Below, in pieces: positions 19,899-32,174 of a stretch of 64,000 bases of DNA; position 1 is the stretch's first letter, and the number at the start of each line of letters is the position of its first letter. The stretch covers positions 864,001 to 928,000 of the forward strand of contig CAWGJO010000020.1 in NCBI GenBank assembly GCA_963822945.1, in the 5' to 3' direction. Under the pieces are notes generated by a model that ran no database searches, was not told the origin of the DNA, and was given only the letters and a program-made list of their open reading frames with translations. This DNA comes from an uncultured Gemmatimonadaceae bacterium. GTDB lineage: Bacteria > Gemmatimonadota > Gemmatimonadetes > Gemmatimonadales > Gemmatimonadaceae. The position numbers and the translations under genes were made by a program.

Positions 19899-21264
19899 GA
19901 GCGGCGCTCCTTACCAATCCGAAGAGAGGCCCAGGGTCGAACGCGGCCAGGAGGCTGCTGCCGGGCTTTCCGGCGCCGAGCCTCGCGGCGGCCGGGAGAC
20001 TGAACAGAATCATTATGAGGTCGATCAACACGAGCGCCATACCCGCCGACGCGAGCCGTCCCGTGAAGTGGAGGAGAACGGCGGCAAGCACGACGGTGAT
20101 GCCGGTGACGAGTGCGTACAACGAGGCGGCGCGGACGTGACGATTGGCGGCCTTCAATGCGGTGAGCGAGGTGAACCAGAGCGCACTCAGCACTCCGCTG
20201 AGCAGCAGCCAGCGGAACAGTGACGCGTTCATCGTGACCTTGCCACGCGTCCAGAAGGTGAGCAGCGGCGCACCGACCACCGCCAGAACCGCCGCCGCCG
20301 CACAGGAGAGCCAGATGCCGGCGCGCAGCGCGTGCACGTACAAGTCGGCCAGAAGCAGTCGCTCGCCCGAACCGTACGCCGCCGCCAATTCCGGCTCGGC
20401 GGCCTGGCTGACCGTCATGACGGCCTGAAGCGCAACGCGTGTCAGCGTGCGCAGTGTGGAGAACGTGACGACGGCCAAGGGGCCCAGCGTACCGCCGATG
20501 GCCAGGACCATGCCCTGCACGTTGAGCGCCTGGGCGAGCGGCATCGAGACGTTCGCGAATGCGGGCTTCACCAACATCCGTAGATGTCGCGCGCTTTCGC
20601 GTGCGTCAGGCCGAACGACAACTCGGGATGGCGGTGGACCAACAACCAGGCGACGATCGGGGCCTCGAGTATTCGAACGACGAGAATCGCCGCCGCCGCG
20701 AACACGGGGCCGAACCCTGCAGCCGCCACGATCCAGACCATCGCCGACTGGGCAAGCAGCGTCGAGTAGAAGATCCCCACGTGCAATGCATAGTCTCCCG
20801 TGGAACGATACCCCGCGTGGCTCACGCCTTCGGTGAGGCGGGCCAGTACTTCCGCGGCCAACAGCGCCAGCACCCACCGAACGTCCCCGGACGACAGCAC
20901 CTGAAAATGCATCCAGTGGCCGATCGGAAGCGCGATCAGCAGGGCCAGCACCACGAGCAGGCCGAGCAAGTGCCACGCTGAACACCATGGCGCCGAGACT
21001 CTGAAATACCGCCAGCGCACCCTCGACGTCGCCGCGCGCCACGCGCTGGGTCATGTCGTTGGCCGCCGACTGCGAGAACCCGAGATCGGTCATCGACAGG
21101 TAAGTCGGGATCGCCGAGAGAATGAGCCACTCACCGTAGAGCTGCGTGCCCCAGTAATGCAGCAGCACCGGGACGCCGACGAGCTGGATGAGCACGACGA
21201 TGGCCTGGCCATAGATGTGTGCGCCAAAGCCATTCCGCCAACGGCGAAGTACGTGCTTGTCCAT
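19888..21264 (-). CDS. Wzx-type polysaccharide flippase (internal compensating frameshifts)
   Basis: IQLVGVPVLLHYWGTQLYGEWLIL..DLGFSQS, many TM helices, directly after wzc. Confidence 0.8.
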   Translation of the reverse strand: MDKHVLRRWRNGFGAHIYGQAIVVLIQLVGVPVLLHYWGTQLYGEWLILSAIPTYLSMTDLGFSQSAANDMTQRVARGDVEGALAVFQSLGAMVFSVALARPARGAGPADRASDRPLDAFSGAVVRGRSVGAGAVGRGSTGPPHRRREPRGVSFHGRLCIARGDLLLDAACPVGDGLDRGGCRVRPRVRGGGDSRRSNTRGPDRRLVVGPPPSRVVVRPDARESARHLRMLVKPAFANVSMPLAQALNVQGMVLAIGGTLGPLAVVTFSTLRTLTRVALQAVMTVSQAAEPELAAAYGSGERLLLADLYVHALRAGIWLSCAAAAVLAVVGAPLLTFWTRGKVTMNASLFRWLLLSGVLSALWFTSLTALKAANRHVRAASLYALVTGITVVLAAVLLHFTGRLASAGMALVLIDLIMILFSLPAAARLGAGKPGSSLLAAFDPGPLFGLVRSAARDH

Positions 21265-21327
21265 GTGACCCTGGTGTCAGTTCACGACGAATGCGCGCGG
21301 CACGGCGGCTAACGGCGAGGTGGGTTC

Positions 21328-23557
21328 CTACGGCGCTTCGCTCTTCTCGTAGGGATGCCGATACCCGTAATCATACCCGTACCCCGCCCTGGCCCGCAGA
21401 CAGTTGAACACGAACCCGTCGGGCGTGATCCCGTTCTGCCGATACCGCGCGACCGCCGCATCGAGTTGGCGCACGGTGTGCTCGCCCGACCGCGCCGACC
21501 ACGATGTTCATGGCCGCCTGACGCGCCACGATGATGCCGTCGGTCACCGGCAGCACCGGCGGCGCATCGATGAGCACGAGGTCGAAGTCCCGGGCCGCCT
21601 GCTCCAGAAATGCCGCCAACGCCGGACGGAGCAACAGCTCGGCGGGATTGGGCGGATACACCCCGGCGGTCACCACGTGCAGGTTCGGAATGCTGGTCTC
21701 GCGAATCACCCCCGCGGCGGTCGCCGTGCCGCTGAGGAGCGCGGAGAGCCCGGGTTCCCGGGTGACGCCGAAATAACGGTGCAGATGCCCGCGGCGCATG
21801 TCGGCGTCCATTACCAGCACGCGGGTGCCGGCGTCGGCCGCCAGACGCGCCAGGTTGGCGCAGATGAAGCTCTTCCCCACGCCGCTCACCGGGCCGCTGA
21901 TGCACACCACCGGCTGCTCGGCGGTGGGCACGAGAAAATGAAGGCTCGTACGCAAGCCGCGAATGGCCTCGACCGCCGGATCGTGCGGCTTCTCTTCCGC
22001 CAATAGCGGCTCCCGCCGGCGATCGGGCAGCGCCTTCTCCCGCTTCGACTGCTCCACGCTGAACGGCAGCACGGCCACCACGGGCAGCCGGAACCGCGCT
22101 TCGATGAGCCCCGGATCCTGAACCCGCTGCACGAACGCCCGGCGCACGAACGCGGTGAGGGCGCCGAGGAACAGGCCGAGCACGAGCGCGACGATCACGA
22201 TCGTCGTGCGCGGCGGCCCGCTCGGCCGGTCGGGCTCGATGGGGAGATCCACCACGCTCAGGTCGCCCACCGTCCCGGCTTTGACCACCTGGAGCTGCTG
22301 GATGCTGGTGAGGAGCCCCGTGTAGAGATTCGACGCTACCGCGAGGTTCTCCTGAAGCTGCAGCACCGACTGGGCCGCTCCGGGAAGCCGCGCCACCTGC
22401 GCCTCCAGCAGCGCCCGCTGCCGCTGCAGCGTGTCCTGCTGCGCCTGCACCGCGCGGAGCGCCGGGCTCGAGGCGCCGAACTGCTGCTGCAGCTGCGCGC
22501 GTTGCAGGGCGGTGGTGGTGATCGACTGGTCGATGCTGCTCAGGCGGTCGAGCAACGCCTTGGACTCGTCGCTCAGGTTCAGCACCTTGTGCTTGGACTG
22601 GTACTCCCCCAGCCGCCGGCGCGCCGAATCCACGCGCTGCTGCATGAGCGGGAGCTGGTCCTGCAGGAAGTTGATCTGCGCCGCGGCCTGCTGCGACCGC
22701 AGGCTCCGATTGAGATCCACGTCGGCCGACACGATGGCGCCGAGCAGCCCGGTGGCCGTGCGCGGGTCGCCGCCCGACAGGGTCATGCGCAGGATGCCGC
22801 TCTGCGCCCCCTGCTCCTCCACCCGCAGCCGGCCGGCGATGCGCGACACCGCCTCCTGCCGGTCCAGCCGACGGAGCGTGAAGCTCACGCCGGGGCGCGC
22901 CGCGATGCCGGAAATGAGGATGGCCACCGAATCGGCGGCTGCCGCACCGCCGGCACGCGCCACGGTGCCGGTGGCGCCGGCGAGCAGGGCGTTTCCGTCG
23001 GGATCCTGCAGGCGGAAGCTGTCGGGCGCGGTGATGGTGAGCCGGAAGTCCTCGTCGTACAGGTTGCGGGGGATATCGAAGCGGCTGACGGTGACGTGGT
23101 CGTTGCCCCACGAATAGCCCGAGAGCCCGAGCCGGGCGGGGGCCGGACCCACGCCCCGATAGCGGCGCGCCACGAGGCCGCCGATGAGAGGGAAGCGCCG
23201 CGGCCGGACGAGCACGTCGGCGTGCTGTGCCTCGACGGCTGCCCGGAGTACGCTGGACGACTGCGCGAGCTGGATCTCGGCGGCCACGGGCAGCGCCGTT
23301 CCTTCGAGCATCGAGGAGAGGGTTTCGAGTCCCGAGAGCCCGCCCGCCTTCTGGTTCACCTGCAACAGCGCCGAGGGGGTGTAGACCGGGGCCGCGAACA
23401 GCGCATACAGCAGGCCGAGCAGGAAGATCGCGCCGGCGACGCCCGCCACGAGCCACCGGGCGTCGAACAGGATGTCGGCCAACTCGGCGAGTGAGATCTC
23501 GTCGGAGGGGGCGTCTTCCGCCGCCGGCTGGAGGGTGGGATCCGCCGGCGCCGTCAT
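21328..23557 (-). CDS. wzc: Polysaccharide co-polymerase / tyrosine autokinase (frameshifts near C-terminus)
   Basis: DEISL N-terminus, two TM segments, EAIRGLRTSL, Walker A GPVSGVGKS, DADMRRG, IDAPPVL, and a Tyr cluster GYGYDYGYRHPY before the stop at 21328. Confidence 0.93.
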
Positions 23558-24738
23558 GGGTGCACCAGGATCTTGGTCTCGTACAGTGTCTGCACGGTGG
23601 GAAGGATCTGCGAGATCACGCGATTCCAGGTGGAGAGGCCGGTGGAGGCGACGTAGACCACGTCCTGCGGCTGGAGTTCGAACTGCGTGGCGAGGAGCAT
23701 GGCGTCGGCCGAGCGGGCGTCGAGCCAGAAGACGCGGGGCTTGTCCTGCCCGCCGCGGAAGACGAACACGCGGGCCGGGTCGGAGGTGGTGAGGTTGAAG
23801 CCTCCCGCCTCGCCGAGCGCCTGGGCGAGGTTCAACGACCCGTTGCTCATGGGGTAGTTGCCCTGCTTGAGCACCTCGCCGATCACGTGCACCTGGTCGT
23901 TGGTGTTGTTGGGCACCTGGATGATGTCGCCGGGGTGCACGAGCCGGTCCTGCGTCTGGTCGCCGAAGAGGTAGAACTTCCGCAGGTCGAGCACTTCACG
24001 CCGTCCCTGGCTGATGACCGTCACGTGCGAGAGGTCGGCCAGGGGCAGCGAGGTGAGGTCGGTGAGCGTGCCCGATCCGCTGGTGGGGAGGGAGCGGATC
24101 TCCCCGCCGGCGGTGGCGATGGCCTGCGACACGGTGAGGGGGGCGTTGGTGAGCGCGTAGAGGCCGGGCTTGATCACGGCGCCGGCCAGTTGGTACGTCT
24201 GGCTGCGGAAGCCGACGACGCGCACGTCGATCTGGGCGTCCTTGGTGTATCCCTGGAGGGCCTGGGCGAGCTGGGCGCGGATCTCGTCCACCGTCTCGCC
24301 CGAGACCTTCAGCGCGCCGGCATACGGGAAGTAGATGGTCCCGGCGCTGCTGACCACGAATCCGTTGCCCTCGGCCGAGGGCGGGGAGAGCAGGATGCCG
24401 CCCATGGTGGAGTTGAGCGGGGTGGCCTGCGCCTGGGAGATGGTGAGCTCGGGATGGTTCCAGACGATGATGTTGAGCACGTCGTGGGGGCCGACGTGGT
24501 AGGTATAGGCGTTCGCAGCTTGCTGAAGCGCCGGGTTGACGCGTGGCGTGTCGACGGCGGCAGTCGCCGAGTTGAGCGCGAGGAGCAGGGCGGGCGTGAC
24601 CCGCTGGGTGGTGTACTGCGGGGGCGCGGGCTCGGCGCCCTGGGAGGGGGCGAGTTCGGGGTCGTAGTGCAGACCCGGGAGCGAGCAACCGGCCACCGCG
24701 AAGGCAACGAAAACTGAATACCAGAGGTCCTTCGCCAT
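23554..24738 (-). CDS. wza: Outer-membrane polysaccharide export lipoprotein
   Basis: Lipobox VAGC, YHVGPHDVLNIIVWNHPEL, GTIYFPYAG, LQPQDVVYV..WNRVISQILPT. Confidence 0.93.
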   Translation of the reverse strand: MAKDLWYSVFVAFAVAGCSLPGLHYDPELAPSQGAEPAPPQYTTQRVTPALLLALNSATAAVDTPRVNPALQQAANAYTYHVGPHDVLNIIVWNHPELTISQAQATPLNSTMGGILLSPPSAEGNGFVVSSAGTIYFPYAGALKVSGETVDEIRAQLAQALQGYTKDAQIDVRVVGFRSQTYQLAGAVIKPGLYALTNAPLTVSQAIATAGGEIRSLPTSGSGTLTDLTSLPLADLSHVTVISQGRREVLDLRKFYLFGDQTQDRLVHPGDIIQVPNNTNDQVHVIGEVLKQGNYPMSNGSLNLAQALGEAGGFNLTTSDPARVFVFRGGQDKPRVFWLDARSADAMLLATQFELQPQDVVYVASTGLSTWNRVISQILPTVQTLYETKILVHP

Positions 24739-24938
24739 CAGAGACGCTCCATATGGTGGCTGCGCCCGCATCTCGAGCGTGCTCGTTGGGGGTGAAATTC
24801 GGACCATGGGGGGCGGGCGTCAACCAGTGGCGAGCGAGTCTATCCCGAGAGGGGTATACGGGGTAATTTGCTCACGAGTCAGAGCCCCCTAATTCAAACG
24901 CTAGTTGCCGGGCTCAAGTCCGGCGGGGAAACGTTGGC

Positions 24939-27501
24939 GTGAACCTGAAGCATGTGACGCGTGCGCTGGTGGTAATGGCGGCGGCGATCGTGGCGATGCC
25001 CACCGTGGCGCGGGCGCAGCAACTCCCGACCCAGTCGCAGGCGCAGCAGATGCTCAACGATCCGGCGATCGTGGCCAAGCTGAGGCAGGAGCTGCAGAAC
25101 AGCGGCATGACGCCCGATCAGATCCGTCAGCGACTGACCGCCATGGGCTACCCGTCGAGCATGCTCGACCAGGTGCTGGGCGGTGGCGGCGGGTCGGATT
25201 CGACATTCGCGCTGACCCCGGACGTGTTTGCGGCGGTGCGGCAGCTCGGTGTGATGGACTCCACGGCGCTGGACTCGCTGCGGATGGTGGGGTTCCGGCG
25301 GCAGCAGACGAAGGCGCAGAGCGACTCGGCGCTGCTCGATTCCATCGGCAAGGCGATCAGGCTGGACACGGCGGCGGCCAATTCGGTGCGGGCGCTGCTG
25401 GCCGCGCGGGCGGCCGACACCGCCGTGGTGGACAGCGGGTTCACGGTGTTCGGACGGAATCTCTTCCAGCAGCAGACCTCGCAGTTCGACGCCAACCTGA
25501 ACGGGCCGGTGAGCCCCGACTACCAGGTGGGTCCGGGTGATCAACTCGTGCTCACCCTGACGGGTGACGTGCAACAGGCCTACGCGCTCACGGTGACGCG
25601 CGAGGGGTGGATCGTGATCCCCAACGTGGGGCAGATCCCCGTGGCCAACCTGACCATGGCGCAGGTGAACGACCTGCTGTTCGCGCGGCTGTCCAGGGCC
25701 TACTCGGGCATTCGGCGGAAGAATCCGACCGCGCACTTCACGATCAGCGTGGCGGGGTTGGGCACGCGGCAGGTGTACGTGACGGGCGACGTGGCGCAGC
25801 CGGGGGCGTACCGCGTGTCGAACATGGGGACGATGCTCACGGCGCTGTACGCCGCCGGCGGCCCCACCGACAACGGGAGCATGCGGAGCGTGCAACTGGT
25901 GCGCGGCGGCAAGACCATCGACACGCTGGACGTGTACGACTATCTGCTGGCGGGCGGACGGCCAAGGATCTGCGGCTGCAGAGCGGGGACATCGTGTTCG
26001 TGCCGGTGCGCGGGGGGCAGGTGCGGGTGGCGGGGGCGGTGATGCGCCCGGCGACGTACGAGTTGAAGCCGGGGGAGACGCTGCCCGACGCGTTGCGGAT
26101 GGCGGGCGGGTTCCGGGCGACGGCCGACCGGCGGGCCATCCAGATCGAGCGGGTGGTGCCGCCGGGTGAGCGGACGACGTCGGGGAAGGACCGGACGATG
26201 ATCGAGGTGAGTTCGCCGCTGCTGGCCACGGGGCTGGGGCCGCGGGAGCCGCTGCAGGCGGGGGACATCATCCGGGTGGGGGAGATCGCGAAGCGGGTGG
26301 CCGACCGGATCTCGGTAACGGGCAATGTGTGGCAGCCGGGCACGTACGCCTACACGCCCGGGATGCGGTTGTCGCAGGTGCTGCGGGCGGCCGGCGGGCT
26401 CCGGCCCGACAGCTATCTGGGCAAGGTGAGCGTGCTGCGGCTGGAGCCCGACAGCACGCACCGGATGATCCAGGCGGCGCTGCGCGATACGCTGGGCACG
26501 CCGGTGCAGGACATCGCGCTGCAGGACGGCGATTCGATCCACGTGTACTCGCTCACCGAGTTCCGGCCCAAGCGGTACATCACCATCGGCGGCGCGGTGC
26601 AGAAGGGCGGCCAGTTCCCGTACCATGACGGGATGACGCTGCGCGACGCGGTGATTCTGGCGGGAGGGCTATCGGATGGGGCGCTGCTCACGGAGGCGGA
26701 GGTATCGCATCTGCCGGAGAACCGGGCCAACGGCGTGACGGCGGTGACGCAGCGAGTGCCGCTGGATTCCACCTATCTGTTCGAGCGGACGCCGGACGGT
26801 CGGTATCTGGGCCCGCCGGGCGTGCCGGCGCCGAGCGCAACGGCGCCGGAGGTGCCGCTGCGGCCGTACGACAACGTGTTGATCCTCACGCAGCCGGGGT
26901 GGGAGTTGCAGCGCACGGTGTCCGTGGACGGGCGAGGTGAGGTATCCCGGCGTCTATGCGCTGCAGAACAAGGACGAGCGACTGGCGGACGATGATCAAG
27001 CGGGCCGGCGGGCTTGACATCGGCGGCCTACGCGGCGGGCATGGAGTTGTTCCGGGGTAACGGTGTGGGGCGGATCGGCGTGGACCTGCCGAACGCGATG
27101 CGGGATCTCGAACAGCCGGGACAATCTGCCGCTGGTGAACGGGGATTCGATCAACGTTCCCCAGTATTCGGGAATCGTGATGGTTCGTGGTGCGGTGAAT
27201 TCGCCGGCGGCGCTGGCGTACGTGGCGGGGAAGAATCTGGACTATTACATCCGAGCGGCGGGTGGAGGGTCACCGACAGCGGATGTGGGGCGGGCGTACG
27301 TGACGCAGGCGAACGGGCAGGTGGAGAGCCGGAACTCGCATTTCTTCTTCTTCCACTCGACGCCGAAGCCGGGGCCGGGAAGCAAGCGTGTTCGTGCCGA
27401 CGGAGAATCCGGCGGACCGGATCAACTGGGGACAGATGGCGAGTACGACGACGTCGATACTCGGGAGTTTGGTGGCGATTTGGGTGATTGTGAAGAAGTA
27501 G
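24939..27501 (+). CDS. Large multi-SLBB polysaccharide export protein (KpsD/Wza-like; several frameshifts)
   Basis: Signal peptide, FGRNLF, YQVGPGDQL, IPNVGQI, repeated VxGxVxxPG SLBB units, and C-terminal helix SILGSLVAIWVIVKK* ending at 27501. Confidence 0.9.
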
Positions 27502-27701
27502 TAGGTCGTTGAATCGAGACCCGAATTGATCGGCAGTCCAACACGCGCAAGTCGTGTGGCAAATTGGCTGCGCGCCGGCGCCGACTGAACCGGCAGAAGA
27601 GTCTCTTGCCAGCGGGTATGTTGGTCCAGACGCCCACCTGACCTGTGCGGAAGTCTTTGAACGAACAACACGCAAACGTCAATCCTCTTCGGGGCGTACA
27701 T

Positions 27702-28379
27702 TTGAAGACGATTGCCTTGATACCAGCCCGCGGGGGTTCGAAGGGCATTCCTCGGAAGAAGATCAAGTCGCTCGCGGGCAAGCCGCTCATCGGGTGGACG
27801 ATTGAGGCCGCGTTGCGGTCCACGAAATTGGACTCGGTAATAGTCAGTACAGAAGATGAAGAAATTGCGGAAATTGCTCGAAGCTATGGTGCACACGTTC
27901 CGTTCTTGCGGCCAACAGAGCTAGCCGGGGACGACGTGCCAGGAATTGAGCCGGTAATGCATGCCATCGACCAATTACCGGACTGTGAGGCGGTGATGCT
28001 TCTCCAGCCGACATCCCCACTTCGCGCAACCGAAAGACATCGACGCCTGTGTCGAACTTGCGACAGCCCTTGACGCCCCTTCAGTGGTATCGGTATCCGC
28101 ACCAGAACAACACCCCTATTGGATGTATCGGATCGGGGCGGACCTTCGGCTTCAGCCTCTCTTGCGCGATGGGTTAGTCACTCGCCGCCAGGACATGCCC
28201 GCTGTTTATGCTTTGAATGGCGCACTCTACTACGCGCGTGCGGAGTGGCTTCGGCAGCACAGGATGCTCGTCGCCGAGACAGCACCGTGGCGTACGTGAT
28301 GCCGCCCGAACGTTCTCTGGACATCGACACGCCGCTGCAATGGCGGCTGGCCGAAATACTGCTAACAGGACCCCAATGA
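27702..28379 (+). CDS. Acylneuraminate (nonulosonate) cytidylyltransferase, NeuA/LegF-like (frameshifts)
   Basis: IPARGGSKGIPRKKIK, LQPTSPLR, NGALY, SLDIDT. Confidence 0.92.
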
Positions 28380-29373
28380 CTAGAGTTCTGGTTACTGGTT
28401 CAGACGGATTCATTGGATCGCACCTCACCGAGGCCCTGGTTCGTGCGGGGCATGATGTCCGTGCCTTCGTTCTCTACAATTCGTTCGGTCGGTGGGGATG
28501 GCTGGACTACTGTTCGGATGACGTCAGGGGCCGATTTGAGATCGTCTCAGGCGACATCCGGGATGCCAGCTGCGTGCGCGCGGCCATGAAGGGCTGCGAC
28601 CGCGTATTTCACTTGGCTGCGCTGATCGCGATTCCCTATTCCTATCGGGCGCCGGACACATACATCGACACAAACGTCAAAGGCACGTTAAATGTCGTCC
28701 AGGCTGCTCGGGAGCTGAGTGTGGAGAAGGTGATACATACTTCCACCAGCGAGGTGTACGGAACGGCGCGGTTTGTACCGATCACCGAGGCGCACCCGCT
28801 TCAGGGGCAATCTCCGTATTCAGCGAGCAAAATCGGAGCCGACCAAATTGCGCTCGCCTACTACGCGTCGTTCGGCACGCCCGTCGCTGTGCTCCGGCCG
28901 TTCAACACATATGGTCCGCGGCAGTCTGCTAGAGCAGTCATTCCGACCATCATCACGCAAATCGCAAGTGGGCAAACGCAGCTGAAACTCGGCGCTCTTT
29001 CGCCGACGCGAGACTTCAGCTTCGTCGCGGATACTGTGGCTGGCTTCATGGCTGCCGCTGATTCCCCCGCTCGATAGGCGAGGTCATTAATGTTGGAAGC
29101 AACTTCGAAATTTCGATAGGAGACACGGCGAGGCTCATCGCTGAAATCATGGAAAAGGACGTGTCCATTACAACCGACGAGCAGCGCTTGCGGCCGGAAA
29201 AGAGCGAAGTAGAGAGACTCTGGGCCTCGAATGAGAAAGCGGGTACACTCTTGGGCTGGCGACCGACGTACGGCGGGCTTGCCGGTTTCCGGCGAGGCCT
29301 TTCCGAAACCATTGAGTGGTTTCTGGCTCCTCAGCATCTGGCATCTTATCGATCGCACATCTACAACATATGA
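28376..29373 (+). CDS. legB: NAD-dependent NDP-GlcNAc 4,6-dehydratase, LegB-like (frameshift near 29070)
   Basis: VTGSDGFIGSHL, YNSFGRWGWLD, HLAALIAIPYSY, TSTSEVYG, RPFNTYGPRQSARAVIPTII, RLRPEKSEVERL. Confidence 0.88.
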
Positions 29374-30555
29374 CTTCCCTAGAAGGCGACGGAGCGCTCG
29401 CAGAGCAGATTGTTCGGGGCATCGAAGCAGTGGTTGGTCAGGGCCCGCGCGGACTCCACGAACCACATTTCGCTGGCAACGAATGGGCATACTTCAAGGA
29501 GTGCCTCGACTCGACATTTGTTTCATCGGTCGGTCCGTTTGTCGATCGGTTCGAAAGAGCGCTAAGAGAATACACGGGCGCGTCATACGCCATCGCTGTA
29601 GTGAACGGTACGGCCGCGTTGCACCTAGCTCTGCGCTTGGTAGGAGTGGAGCGAGACGACGAGGTGCTCACGCCAACGCTGAGTTTCATCGCGGCGGCTA
29701 ATGCCATTTCATATTGTGGCGCTATCCCCCACTTCGTAGAGAGTGAGGATAGTTCGTTTGGGATCGATGCTGGAACGCTTCGCGAGTACTTGCGCACGAG
29801 TTCTGATTGTCAATGGAGTGTGTATCAATCGAACGACGCAGCGTCGAATTCGTGCACTCGTTCCCATGCATGTCTTCGGTCACCCGGTGGATATCGAATC
29901 GTTGGTCGAAGTGCACGGGAGTTTCATCTTGAGTTGGTCGAAGACGCTGCCGAGTCGCTTGGGAGCACGATCGGAAGCCGCCACACCGGCACGTTTGGTC
30001 GTCTTGGAACGTTCAGCTTCAACGGCAACAAGACCATCACGACCGGTGGTGGTGGAGCGATCGTGACGAACGATGCCGAACTCGCGCGCCAGGCCAAGCA
30101 TCTGAGTACGACGGCGAAGGTGCCCATCCATGGGCCTTCATTCACGACGCGGTTGGCTACAACTATCGAATGCCGAACATCAATGCCGCGCTTGGATGCG
30201 CGCAATTGGAACAGCTTCCGGATTTGCTTGCTGCGAAGCGAGTCCTTTTGAGAAGTATCGCTCAGTCTTTGCCGGCTTACCCTCGGTGCGAGTTGTTGGT
30301 GAGCGCGAGGGCTGTCGCAGCAATTTTTGGCTTCAGACCCTTCTGCTGCACCCCAACATGGCGGACCAGCGCGATGACATTCTGCTAGCAACGAATGACC
30401 GCGGCCTAACTACCCGTCCCGCGTGGACGTTGATGCATCGACTGGCCCCTTATCGCTCGTGCCCAAGAATGGCCGTTCCGGTGGCCGAAGCCTTGGCGAG
30501 CCGCATCATCAACATTCCAAGCAGCGCGCAATTGGGAATGGCGGGGCGTCATTGA
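29370..30555 (+). CDS. legC: LegC-family (DegT/DnrJ) sugar aminotransferase (frameshifts)
   Basis: LHEPHFAGNE..ECLDSTFVSSVG, EDAAESLGS, SFNGNKTITTGGGG, MPNINAALG, INIPSS. Confidence 0.88.
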
Positions 30556-31181
30556 CCGAGATGCAGATCTTACTGATCGGCGCCGGAGGACATGCCCGTG
30601 CCTGTATCGACGTCGTCGAGGAGGCAGGGCGCTATGCAATTGCTGGCATCCTCGGTCTACCACATGAGGTAGGAGGGCGGATTCTCGGGTATCAAGTAAT
30701 GGGTAGTGACACCGAATTGCCCGTACTAGCCAGGAAGTTCGGGAATGCACTTATCGCCGTCGGCCAAATCAAGACGCCAGAAAGGCGAATGCAACTGTTT
30801 GCGCAACTTGAGCAGATCGGCTGCGAACTACCCACGGTGATTTCACCCTTCGCGCACGTTTCGAAACATGCGGTCGTGGGAGCAGGGTCAATCGTGATGC
30901 ACGGAGCGATCGTGAATGCCGGCGCGACTGTTGGCCGCAATTGCATCGTCAATAGTCAGGCGCTTATCGAGCACGATGTGGTTGTCGAAGATCACTGCCA
31001 CGTTGCGACGCATGCCGCCGTGAATAGCGGGGTACGGATTGGGGAGGGTTCTTTTGTAGGAAGTGGGGCTGTCGTTCGGCAAGGAGTGAAAATCGGTGAA
31101 AGGTGTGTGATCGGCATGGGCCAGAGTGTCCGGCATGACTGTGTATCGGGTCAGTGGATTCCACCGGTTCGTGTTCCATGA
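30552..31181 (+). CDS. Hexapeptide-repeat sugar acetyltransferase, NeuD/PglD-like
   Basis: IGAGGHARACIDV, hexapeptide repeats, IEHD motif. Confidence 0.9.
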   Translation: MTEMQILLIGAGGHARACIDVVEEAGRYAIAGILGLPHEVGGRILGYQVMGSDTELPVLARKFGNALIAVGQIKTPERRMQLFAQLEQIGCELPTVISPFAHVSKHAVVGAGSIVMHGAIVNAGATVGRNCIVNSQALIEHDVVVEDHCHVATHAAVNSGVRIGEGSFVGSGAVVRQGVKIGERCVIGMGQSVRHDCVSGQWIPPVRVP

Positions 31182-32174
31182 GCAAGACTCTGATCATCGC
31201 TGAGGCCGGGGTCAACCACAATGGCGATATCGATCTTGCCTGCCAACTCGTTGATGTCGCTGCGGACGCTGGAGCAGATCTCGTGAAGTTCCAATCGTTC
31301 CGTGCGGAGCGGCTAGTGACCCCAGCCGCAGAGAAGGCAACCTACCAGTCGCGCACAACGGAGGCCGGCGAATCACAGTTCGGCATGCTCCAGCGGCTTA
31401 ACTCTCACGCCAGATGCATGAACGCCTGATCGCCCATAGCAGGCTCGCGGAATCCGTTTTTTCTCGACCGGGTTTGACACCGAGAGCGTAGACATGTTGG
31501 CCGACTTCGGATTGAATGCTTCAAGGTGCCGTCTGGCGAAATCACGAATCTGCCGTACCTGCGCCATGTCGGTCGTTTCGGAAAGTCGATTTGCTTTCAA
31601 CAGGGATGTCGACACTTGGAGAAGTCGAAGCGGCAATCAACGCATTGAGCAGGCGGACACCCCGTCAACGCATTACAGTGCTCCACTGCAATACCGACTA
31701 TCCGACAGCCATGGCGGACGTCAACCTGAGAGCCATGCAGACGATTCGCGCTGCATTCGGCGTCGCGGTCGGATATTCCGATCACACCCAAGGCATCGAA
31801 GTCCCAATTGCCGCGGTGGCTCTGGGTGCCCGTGTCATAGAGAAGCACTTTACGCTCGACCGGGCGCTTCCTGGACCGGACCATCGTGCAAGCATTGAGC
31901 CGGATGAACTGACGGCGATGGTGAGAGCGATTCGGAATATCGAAATCGCGCTCGGGGACGGCATCAAGCGCCCAAGTGGAAGCGAGAGAAGAACAGGCCG
32001 TGGCTCGGAAATCTATCGTCGCCGCGCAGAGCAATTCGAGTTGGAGAGGTCCTCACTGAAGACAACTTGACGGTCAAACGGCCAGGGACGGGCATCTCCC
32101 CCATGCGGTGGGACGAAATTGTCGGGCGGCGGGCGACCCGGGCCTACGACAGCGAACGATCTGATCGAATATGA
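31178..32174 (+). CDS. neuB: Nonulosonic acid synthase, NeuB/LegI-like (frameshifts)
   Basis: IIAEAGVNHNGD, VKFQ, LSTGM, LHCNTDYPT, GYSDHTQG, IEKHFTLDR..GPDH, SAF domain KRPGTGISPM. Confidence 0.92.
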
